From a virus (lineage: Duplodnaviria; Caudoviricetes), in IMG/VR virus record IMGVR_UViG_3300032097_000023, positions 1-26,843 of that record: DNA of 26,843 nucleotides; one strand, given 5' to 3'. The position numbers and the translations under genes were made by a program. The notes under the pieces were generated by a model. It was not told the origin of the DNA and ran no database searches. It worked only from the letters and a program-made list of their open reading frames with translations. Within the stretch, counting starts at the first letter, position 1; each line of letters starts with the position of its first letter. Shown here in pieces: positions 8,150-15,600 of this stretch.

Positions 8150-8243
8150 TTAAAAAAGAGACGTTTTTTTATGTGCCGGAAGGGGGGTGATGTTTTTGGG
8201 AGGTACCGGCACACGAATTGTTGGGCTTGTTTTTCCAACAATA
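8150..8243 (-). ncRNA. Candidate two-hairpin sRNA with anti-Shine-Dalgarno loop
   Basis: TATA-like run at 8260-8270; 8-bp stems 8217-8224/8235-8242 and 8172-8179/8206-8213; loop UACCUCCCAAAAACAUCACCCCCCUU; U-tract near 8151-8156. Confidence 0.45.
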
Positions 8244-8365
8244 TCAAGTCGGATGTATTAATATATATATGCCATGTATATAATTATGCTTTTTGTGAAC
8301 ATGACACATACAAAACAGAACTAAAAGAAAAAGCAATCCAAGATATAGAGCAATTTCGTTCCTAC

Positions 8366-9028
8366 TCATATACTGATGATCTCCCGGTGGTTATACAGGA
8401 TCCTTTCAACATCCTTCTTCCAGGAATTGACCTTTGACATGATACCGTACTTGTCAACACCTTCAGGCAGCTGAATAACATAGTCGTCATTCTCTGCGAT
8501 TTCAATTGCAACGAGCTTTGTGCATGCTTCTTCAATGTCTCCGGGGACAGAATCATCACCATAGCGATATGACACCCGGACTCCTTTTCCAAGAGTCCAT
8601 GGTTTCTGGCCAGCCAGATACAAGACACCAAGATTATAGTCGAGCCAATAATCATCACCACGGCCTTCGGTGTAGCCGTTAGCATCAAGAACAAGATTAT
8701 CCCATTCGTTGCCGTTCCAGATTTCTATCTTGTCAATGCCTGAAACAAGGGTGTTGATCTTCCTGTGCTTCAGGTGAATGGCAAACTGCCTCTGGTAGAG
8801 GTTGTAGCAATTGTGTGGAACGTCATAGTATTCATCCAGGACCTGCACAGCTCTCCAGGCGTGTCCCGTTTCCCTGTCAACTGTGTCTTCCATCCGATTG
8901 ATTGTGCTCTCGACTTCTGCTAAAGTAGGGTCAGTATCAGTTGAGAACACCAGTCTTGCCTGCGTGGTCTGATCGATCAACCTCATCAAAGAAGCTACTT
9001 TTGCAGCGGTTGTGTAAGTGACTGCCAT
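8366..9028 (-). CDS. Head-tail adaptor/connector protein
   Basis: YTTAAKVASL N-terminus and VRVSYRYGDDSVPGDIEEACTKLVA motif (gp15/gp6-like). Confidence 0.8.
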   Translation of the reverse strand: MAVTYTTAAKVASLMRLIDQTTQARLVFSTDTDPTLAEVESTINRMEDTVDRETGHAWRAVQVLDEYYDVPHNCYNLYQRQFAIHLKHRKINTLVSGIDKIEIWNGNEWDNLVLDANGYTEGRGDDYWLDYNLGVLYLAGQKPWTLGKGVRVSYRYGDDSVPGDIEEACTKLVAIEIAENDDYVIQLPEGVDKYGIMSKVNSWKKDVERILYNHREIISI

Positions 9029-9253
9029 TCATTTTCCTCCTAAGAATGTGGATATAAACCATACAAAGAACGATGTCATAGATGCAATAACAACAGCCAT
9101 GCCATGACGGATCCATTTCTCCTTTTTGAGATTCTCAACATCCCTGCATACATTGACGAGACATGAATTCATAGACTTCTGTCCGGATTTGATCTCACCG
9201 ATGTCCTGCTTCATCTCGAGCAGCGTTTCCATTATGAGGTTGTCGTTTTGCAT
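9029..9253 (-). CDS. Coiled-coil protein with C-terminal TM helix (holin/XhlA-like architecture)
   Basis: Likely start MQNDNL at 9253; LLEMKQDIGEIKS heptads followed by GMAVVIASMTSFFVWFISTFLGG. Confidence 0.6.
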   Translation of the reverse strand: MQNDNLIMETLLEMKQDIGEIKSGQKSMNSCLVNVCRDVENLKKEKWIRHGMAVVIASMTSFFVWFISTFLGGK

Positions 9254-9255
9254 GA

Positions 9256-9408
9256 TTATTTCTCCTTGAACTGACCACACCAGCTGTTGTATGGAACCAG
9301 AGGGAAACCGACTCCTGCAGTTGGTGGAGAATGCCTACAATGTCCCGTTGTTGCCGTTGTAGGCTGGTAATACCTGCAGTCATTGCATATCTCGTCAGAC
9401 ATCTTCAT
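9256..9408 (-). CDS. 50-aa four-Cys metal-binding protein
   Basis: Own translation MKMSDEICNDCRYYQPTTATTGHCRHSPPTAGVGFPLVPYNSWCGQFKEK*; fills the gap between neighbours; GGAG precedes the ATG. Confidence 0.65.
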   Translation of the reverse strand: MKMSDEICNDCRYYQPTTATTGHCRHSPPTAGVGFPLVPYNSWCGQFKEK

Positions 9409-9418
9409 GCTCCAAAGA

Positions 9419-9586
9419 TTATGAATTTGACTTCATGTCATAGCCTGCAAGCCCTGCAATGGCAGTAATACCCATTCCAATGGTACCGGTATCAATTCCA
9501 TTTCCCTGGAAATAGGCTATAACTCCCATGGCAATCTCCAGGGCTATTACCCCAACGATTGCAATCTTTACTTCTGTGATCTCCAT
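9419..9586 (-). CDS. 55-aa two-TM membrane protein (holin candidate)
   Basis: Own translation MEITEVKIAIVGVIALEIAMGVIAYFQGNGIDTGTIGMGITAIAGLAGYDMKSNS*; GGAGG RBS upstream. Confidence 0.65.
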   Translation of the reverse strand: MEITEVKIAIVGVIALEIAMGVIAYFQGNGIDTGTIGMGITAIAGLAGYDMKSNS

Positions 9587-9616
9587 GTTTAGCCTCCGCT
9601 CAGTAACCGAATGCCA

Positions 9617-9838
9617 TTATTCCTCATCGTTCTGCGTTGCTTTCTTGGCAGCCTTCACAACCTTTTCCTTTAGTCCAACAAACTCGAAATTGCTCCCGGG
9701 TGCTTTTGACAGGTTCTTGAAGAAGCACTCATCTTCTTTCTGTACCTTGGTGGATTCACCTGGTGAGAACATATACTCTGTACCGGATGGAGCAGAACGA
9801 TAATTTAGTGGGTTTGGACCATTGTATGTAAAATCCAT
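9617..9838 (-). CDS. Small virion-associated hypothetical protein
   Basis: 73 aa after MCP with GAGGTG RBS. Confidence 0.65.
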   Translation of the reverse strand: MDFTYNGPNPLNYRSAPSGTEYMFSPGESTKVQKEDECFFKNLSKAPGSNFEFVGLKEKVVKAAKKATQNDEE

Positions 9839-9867
9839 ATTTACACCTCAAAAAAGAAGGACAGGAC

Positions 9868-11037
9868 TTACTGGAAGTCCCTTCCTTTTGCCTGTGACTT
9901 GAACTTTGTACAGACGATCTCACCCATCATGTAGTGCAGACCCTCAGTTCCAATGAAGTCATTTGCGAATGGATCATTGGATTCGAGATACTGGATCGGT
10001 GAGAGAACACCCACATGTATGTTGTCAAGATCAAGGAGCATTATCCTTGAGATGGTGTCCTGGAGCACAGTGTTGTCCGGAATGATTGGAACTCCCTTGT
10101 AGGTAGCAACATCAAAACCAGCCTCTACACCTGAAACTGTCTGGATACCATTGACCGTCATCTGCACCTTTGTCTGGCCTATGAACCTCTGCTGTGCCTG
10201 GAGAAGCTGCTCGATACGTTCAAGGGTGTCATATCCTGTGATGATGGCTTTGTTGCTCACACCTGCATCTTTCCAGTATGGTCTGGTGTTTGTGAACAAT
10301 GCATCAATATGAGTCAGTGCAAGGTCACGTGAACCGGATCCAAATGCCTGACCATTCACATATGCATCTGCCCAGGAAGCGCCTGCATCTCTGTCAAGGC
10401 CATATATGTCAAGATCACCCGCGTCAAGAACTCCGGAGTCGTCAACTTTTCCATATGCCAGTTCAGCATAGGATCCTACGATCCTGTCAAGTGAGTTTAT
10501 GCCAGTTGTAGGCACTGTATCTGCAGTTGCAACGGCTGCTCTGTTGAGTCTGTTCTTGAACTCATCACCCATGTAGTCAACGAGATCTCCCCACTCAACT
10601 ACATCATCCTTGCCTGCCAGGAGTGTCTCCATATCTGACTGGTTGAAGGTTGCTGCAGAAAGTGTTGGAGCAACAGGGACCTGCTTAAAAGATGGTTTGA
10701 TGGTGTCCGGAAGTGCTCCGCTTTCAGTTATACCAGGCGAATCTGTTGAAGCTGGTGCAGTGACTGCACGATATCCGGATTTTTCCCATGGCTTGAAACC
10801 AAGCGCACCAAATGCATTGGCAGCTGTTACGACCTGTCTCCAGAGTTCACGTCCGTACAGGATGTTTCTGACACCATCTGTGTTTGTGAGTACTGGAGCG
10901 TCTGCCTTCTGCAGGGTTGCAGGGAGACCATAGACGAGCTTTTCCATGTCTTCAATAGTCTGAACCCAACCACGACTGATGGCCTTGGTCAGATATGCAG
11001 TCCTTGCTGTCCTCTGGGAATCGAGATCGTTTACCAT
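9868..11037 (-). CDS. Major capsid protein (HK97 fold)
   Basis: 389 aa directly after protease/scaffold; GITESGALP and ATYKGVPIIPD..V...RIMLLDLD motifs; GGAGG RBS. Confidence 0.88.
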   Translation of the reverse strand: MVNDLDSQRTARTAYLTKAISRGWVQTIEDMEKLVYGLPATLQKADAPVLTNTDGVRNILYGRELWRQVVTAANAFGALGFKPWEKSGYRAVTAPASTDSPGITESGALPDTIKPSFKQVPVAPTLSAATFNQSDMETLLAGKDDVVEWGDLVDYMGDEFKNRLNRAAVATADTVPTTGINSLDRIVGSYAELAYGKVDDSGVLDAGDLDIYGLDRDAGASWADAYVNGQAFGSGSRDLALTHIDALFTNTRPYWKDAGVSNKAIITGYDTLERIEQLLQAQQRFIGQTKVQMTVNGIQTVSGVEAGFDVATYKGVPIIPDNTVLQDTISRIMLLDLDNIHVGVLSPIQYLESNDPFANDFIGTEGLHYMMGEIVCTKFKSQAKGRDFQ

Positions 11038-12122
11038 GGTCTTTCCTCCTGTGTATCAATGATTGCAGAGATCTGCTTGTACCCCATGCCGGCAGTCTTT
11101 GAACTGTCCTCCAGCATGATCTGAGCCTGGGACTTTTTCAGTTCATTCTTCTTGAGTTCCGGACGAGGAGTGTCTGGTTCTTTACCCTTCATTCTCTTTG
11201 CAAGAGCCTTTTCGACAGCCTTCTCAACGATTGATCCAATGTCAGGTGCAGGTTCTGCAGATTTCTCATCCATTTCTTCCTCTTCTTCAGGATCCTCTTT
11301 CTTCTCCTCTTCTTCAGGTGGCTTGTCTTCCTTCTCGAGCTTCTTCTCTACTTCGGAAAGTCTGCCATCGATTCCCTTGAGCAAGGTAAGTATCTCATCG
11401 CTTTTTGCAACGGTCGATTCTACAGCAGGAGCACCGTCCGTGTCTGCTGCTTTCTGTGTTGGATTTGGTTTCGGTTCTTCTGCCATAGTATCACCTATGT
11501 GATCGTGATTTTTTGCAAGCACATTGACTTCCTCAATGCTTGCTTCCTGATTTGCTCCCACTTCGACCGGGGAGACTTCAAAAAGGTCCATGTTTTTTAC
11601 AGCGTTCCAGCACGTTTTTGCACTGCACGCCTTGCCCTGGTCCAGCGGATCGGCACCAATAGAAAGGTCAGCGTACTCTTTACCGCACACTTTTTCCCAC
11701 ACGTTATCGTAAATTCTCTGACCTTTGAAAACAATGCCTTCGAGATACACGCCGGGTCTTTCCACACCATCGGAACACATCTTGTTGCGAAGTTCGTAGT
11801 TTATCCAGCTGCCTACCCTACGGTTGCTGTGCTGGTCCATCATGGATGCACCGGAAGCCATGAAGAAATCAAGAGCTTTCTGGAATGCTCCTATCTCCAC
11901 CACATCGCCTTGTCTATCGACAAGTTCTACCGATGCCCAGCCTGCAAAATAACGTGCATTTTTCTTGAGCTGTGACCAGGCAACTTTCGCTGAACATGCA
12001 TTATCACCATTGCACTCTCCTTCATATGTAGAATTGAAGATATCTCTCCACTTCGTTTGATCAGCTTCACTAAGCGAGTTTCTCACAGCTTCAGGGAGTT
12101 GGGAGTTTTCAGAGTAAGGCAT
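11031..12122 (-). CDS. ChaB-like domain + HK97-type prohead protease + acidic scaffold region
   Basis: MPYSENSQLPEAVRNSL..QTKWRDIFNSTYE..AKVAWSQLKK (ChaB); FAGWASVELVDRQGDVV, DQHSN, LSIG and LFEVSPVEVGANQEA (protease); E/K-rich C-terminus. Confidence 0.85.
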   Translation of the reverse strand: MPYSENSQLPEAVRNSLSEADQTKWRDIFNSTYEGECNGDNACSAKVAWSQLKKNARYFAGWASVELVDRQGDVVEIGAFQKALDFFMASGASMMDQHSNRRVGSWINYELRNKMCSDGVERPGVYLEGIVFKGQRIYDNVWEKVCGKEYADLSIGADPLDQGKACSAKTCWNAVKNMDLFEVSPVEVGANQEASIEEVNVLAKNHDHIGDTMAEEPKPNPTQKAADTDGAPAVESTVAKSDEILTLLKGIDGRLSEVEKKLEKEDKPPEEEEKKEDPEEEEEMDEKSAEPAPDIGSIVEKAVEKALAKRMKGKEPDTPRPELKKNELKKSQAQIMLEDSSKTAGMGYKQISAIIDTQEERPW

Positions 12123-12130
12123 CAAAAAAC

Positions 12131-12157
12131 AAAAGAAGCAGTTGGTTTGCTTAAAAA
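12131..12157 (-). promoter_or_regulatory. Conserved 27-bp putative late promoter, copy B (protease-capsid operon)
   Basis: Minus strand TTTTTAAGCAAACCAACTGCTTCTTTT, 8 nt before the ATG at 12122. Confidence 0.8.
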
Positions 12158-12185
12158 CTTAACGGAAGTGCTGTTTAGTTGCGGA

Positions 12186-12264
12186 GTTATATGCTGTTAT
12201 AAGCTCTTATAAGTACTTATTAGCAAGTTATAAAAACATATAAATAGATATAACCTCTTATAAC
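12186..12264 (+). repeat. Eight ~10-bp phased WTATAA-like units over the TA promoter (putative operator array)
   Basis: ttat/atat cores at 12187, 12197, 12207, 12217, 12228, 12238, 12248 and 12258. Confidence 0.55.
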
Positions 12265-12281
12265 AAAATGGAGTTTTATTC

Positions 12282-12473
12282 ATGACAAATGCAACAACAA
12301 TACCAACCACAAAGGTGGTGAGAGACAGACTGAAAAGCTATGGTCAAAAAGGTGAGACATATAGTGATATTCTCATGCGCATGATGGATTCACTCGATAA
12401 AGAGGAGTTTATGGATCGTATGTACAGACGTTTGGAGGAAAAGGATCAGTTTGTTTCTCTCGATGAAATTTGA
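12282..12473 (+). CDS. Antitoxin, archaeal RHH-type (RelB-like partner)
   Basis: TTIPTTKVVRDRLKSYGQKGETYSDILMRM N-terminus and acidic FVSLDEI tail; directly upstream of a RelE-like gene. Confidence 0.8.
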   Translation: MTNATTIPTTKVVRDRLKSYGQKGETYSDILMRMMDSLDKEEFMDRMYRRLEEKDQFVSLDEI

Positions 12474-12479
12474 TGAGAG

Positions 12480-12752
12480 ATGGAAATGAACTACAGAGTA
12501 AGTATACACCCACACGCTGTGAAGTTTTTAAGGGCACAGGACAATGAAACGAAGGATCGACTTAAAGAAGGTCTCAGAAAACTCGAAAGCGAACCCTTAA
12601 GTCATGATGTCAAAAAGCTGAAGGGTACAAAAGGAAGACAGGATTTGTACCGATTACGTATTGGAGATTATAGAGCTGTCTTTTCTATCGAAGAAGACAT
12701 TGTATACGTACTCGAAATAATACCACGCGAACATGGATACAAGTGGCTTTGA
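12480..12752 (+). CDS. relE: RelE/ParE-family toxin
   Basis: YRVSIHPHAVKFL, VKKLKG, LYRLRIGDYRAVFSI and IIPREHGYK motifs. Confidence 0.9.
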   Translation: MEMNYRVSIHPHAVKFLRAQDNETKDRLKEGLRKLESEPLSHDVKKLKGTKGRQDLYRLRIGDYRAVFSIEEDIVYVLEIIPREHGYKWL

Positions 12753-12788
12753 TGCTTCTTGTACTCTAAACTATATATTTTTGATTTT

Positions 12789-13235
12789 TCATCTGAAATA
12801 TTTCCAGATAATAGCCTTTGCTCTTGCCTGTACATCGTCGAATGCAGGGCGAAGGAAAGGGGAAGGGTCTGTTCCGTAATTGTATATCTTCCACCTGATT
12901 GAATTCGCAACCTTCTTAATTGCCGTCTTTGACCTGGAAGATATCCCGAACAAAGCTGCATTCCTTCTGACCCACCCAATAATAGGTTCTTCCGGAGGCA
13001 TATGTGGTTCAGTGCCATACTCATTCCAGGTGGCTTCTGGAGAATCATAGATCACAGTCTTCTCCAGGAACTCCCTATCAACCCTACCACTCTTTTTGAG
13101 TGTAGCACGATCAACTGGAACAAGGTCCTGACTAATTGCAAAGACCTCATCTGCGACATCATCTAGGCCTGCATCAAGCTTTCCGAAGAAGTTGTCAATG
13201 GCTTTGGGGTCGGTGTCTACAACTACTCGGCTCAT
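12789..13235 (-). CDS. HK97 gp10-like neck/tail-completion protein
   Basis: SQDLVPVDRATLKKSG, WNEYGT and PSPFLRPAFD motifs. Confidence 0.82.
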   Translation of the reverse strand: MSRVVVDTDPKAIDNFFGKLDAGLDDVADEVFAISQDLVPVDRATLKKSGRVDREFLEKTVIYDSPEATWNEYGTEPHMPPEEPIIGWVRRNAALFGISSRSKTAIKKVANSIRWKIYNYGTDPSPFLRPAFDDVQARAKAIIWKYFR

Positions 13236-15235
13236 ACTACCCTGACTATTGTGGATCTTTCATTGGGATGAGCAACAAAGTTTTTCCAGCCTGTCCAGCT
13301 TGGTCCCATTCCTCCTTGTGAGACGGGTCTGGTTGATTCTTCCATGTAGATCTCCTTCAACCGTTCAAGGGGAACAGCTCCTCCTTCAGAAGTTACCCGG
13401 GCAGCTATCCTCTTTGAAACTTCAGACATTCTATGGTCATTTGCTTCCGAGGTTCTGAACAAGAAGACTTCACCACGTTCTTCTTCCATTTTCTTCCAGC
13501 CAATTTCCCTGGCACGCATAGCAACTGCAGATGTCTCTGTCCTGGCTATCATCTCAGCTCTGGCAGAGTCGAATGAAGTCGCCTGGACAATTGCATCTCT
13601 GATTTTATCAAGTCCGAGTTCTCCAGTCTCAAATGCGGTCTTGATAATGCCATGTATAGCTTCCACGTCTTTCTCAGTTGCATCTTCGTAGAACTGGTAT
13701 AGTGCACCCTCTGCAATTGCCTTCAATGCATCAGATGCAAAATCTTTGACCAGATAATCACCTGTGTCAATGTCAAATGATTTTGTAGCAGGCTCTCCTG
13801 TGTTTCTCTGAGGATCCTCTATTGTAGGAAAGAATCCTCCGGATGAACTGTGACGCTCTTCAGGTGAAGTAGCTTCTCCCGAGAATACAAACTCACCGTC
13901 TACATATTCAACATCAAATCCCATATCGTACATCCCACGTGCATTGGATATGTCTTTAGCAAGGCGTTCCTTCTCAGCCATTTCATCCTGTTCTTCGTTA
14001 GGGTTCAGCTGCAGGACATAATCAGTTATACCAAACTGGGTACAGAGCCATTCCAGCACCTTTTCATTGTAGATGGTCTGGCCATCTTCAACAGCTCGGT
14101 TGGTGACAGTCATCTGCAGACCTTCATTGTTCAATCCTCCGGAGGTAGAAGTATCTCCCTGGAAGATCAATGAGACACCGAACCGTGAGGATATCCTTTC
14201 ACGGAGTTCTTTTTTGACCTCGAGCATGTCGAGGTTCGGATCCTGCATCAATTGAAGCATTGTTGCCTGTCCTTTGCTGTCGGTGTTGTATCCAATGAGG
14301 GGAATGTAGTAAGGATCATCCTGCAATTTGACCATTGTTTCATCCCAGAACTTTCGAAGACTGTCCGGGTTGTTTGTTGGGAACGTAGCAATTCCGGGAG
14401 CTCTTCCTCGCTCATAGAATGTCTTTGTTCTTTTCTCCAGATAATGATAAGCCATAATGTCATCGATCATCTTGAGGGCTGGAGGATATCCGTACAGAAT
14501 TGAAGGATAGTATTTCGATGAATGCAATATCTCGTCTTTGAGGTAGTACTGCTTGTTTTCGGCAGAAGTGGTCTCGTAGTATGCCTGCTGCAGGAGAGCT
14601 CCACAGACAGGACATTTGAGTCCTGGTTCATGCTTCATCTTATCTCGATGAGTAGGACAGAGCCAGATATCACCGCCCATACGTCCGTCCTTCTTGACCA
14701 TCTTCTTTATGTCACGTGGGTCAATTGAAAGGATCTCTTTGACATCTTCCAGGGCAATGTCACCAGCTCTGTCATAATCATAAGCTTTGACAAGGAGAAG
14801 ATAGGCATTATCGGCAACGTTCAGGTTGAACTCAAAGTCTGAAAGGACTTCCTTTAGAGACTGTCCGTTGTAGTTGGCCTTTTCGATAAAGTATTCTTTT
14901 TTACGTACCTGTGAATAGTCCGGTTCATGGAAAGAAGCTGAGCCACATGTGCACTTTTCAATGTTCTCATCGTACTCGGCTCCACAATCTTTGCACTTCT
15001 TGACAAAACATGGTTTCCAGTAGAATCTATTCCTGAACATTTCCTGTTTGAGCTTGAGAACAGAATCCGAGAAGACAGAAACTTCCTGTTCCAGGTAGTA
15101 GGCCAGACCAAGAGAGGGAGCAATATTCCCACGTGCATATGATTCGTGGTGGCCAATACCTGGACGGTTGGAAGGGAGTTTTTTCATTATGTAATTGGCG
15201 AGCTTCTTATCGATGTACTGCTGGACACGTGACAT
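13232..15235 (-). CDS. Portal protein fused to a C-terminal MuF/SPP1 gp7-like head morphogenesis domain
   Basis: Portal motifs DNAYLLLV, EILH..YGYPP, FYERGRAPGI and ISSRFGVS; C-terminal RAEMIARTET...HPNERS. Confidence 0.85.
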   Translation of the reverse strand: MSRVQQYIDKKLANYIMKKLPSNRPGIGHHESYARGNIAPSLGLAYYLEQEVSVFSDSVLKLKQEMFRNRFYWKPCFVKKCKDCGAEYDENIEKCTCGSASFHEPDYSQVRKKEYFIEKANYNGQSLKEVLSDFEFNLNVADNAYLLLVKAYDYDRAGDIALEDVKEILSIDPRDIKKMVKKDGRMGGDIWLCPTHRDKMKHEPGLKCPVCGALLQQAYYETTSAENKQYYLKDEILHSSKYYPSILYGYPPALKMIDDIMAYHYLEKRTKTFYERGRAPGIATFPTNNPDSLRKFWDETMVKLQDDPYYIPLIGYNTDSKGQATMLQLMQDPNLDMLEVKKELRERISSRFGVSLIFQGDTSTSGGLNNEGLQMTVTNRAVEDGQTIYNEKVLEWLCTQFGITDYVLQLNPNEEQDEMAEKERLAKDISNARGMYDMGFDVEYVDGEFVFSGEATSPEERHSSSGGFFPTIEDPQRNTGEPATKSFDIDTGDYLVKDFASDALKAIAEGALYQFYEDATEKDVEAIHGIIKTAFETGELGLDKIRDAIVQATSFDSARAEMIARTETSAVAMRAREIGWKKMEEERGEVFLFRTSEANDHRMSEVSKRIAARVTSEGGAVPLERLKEIYMEESTRPVSQGGMGPSWTGWKNFVAHPNERSTIVRVV

Positions 15236-15241
15236 AAAATG

Positions 15242-15268
15242 AAAAGAAGCAGTTGGTTTGCTTAAAAA
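15242..15268 (-). promoter_or_regulatory. Conserved 27-bp putative late promoter, copy C (portal operon)
   Basis: Identical to copy B; 6 nt before the portal ATG at 15235. Confidence 0.8.
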
Positions 15269-15600
15269 GATTATGGAGCTTCCGATTAGTCAAGCAAATA
15301 GGAAATATTTTTCCGCACCTGCAACCGATGCGAGTAAAACTGAGATTGTATAAAAGGAAAATACGTATTTTGCAGTATGTCGTTGGAAGTTACAAAAGTG
15401 TTACTTAATATTAAAAAGCTCTTTAGTATCTTGGATGCCTGCCTTTACTGCTTCGTTATCATCTAATCCAGCGTCTTTATACATGATAGCTTTAAAAATA
15501 GGTAGTAAAATAACTCAGTTTGTGTTCATATCGATTTCCTTTATTTGGCAGTTTAGGTTAAGAAAAATAATAAATGGACATACTAAAAAAAGAGAGGACT

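Noticed and set aside
8147-8437. 96-aa + strand ORF
   Set aside because: No recognisable motif, crosses hairpins and an AT-rich promoter-like tract, and overlaps the adaptor gene end
15405-15530. Possible minus-strand gene remnant downstream of the adhesin
   Set aside because: Early stop and no recognisable family; insufficient evidence for a pseudogene call
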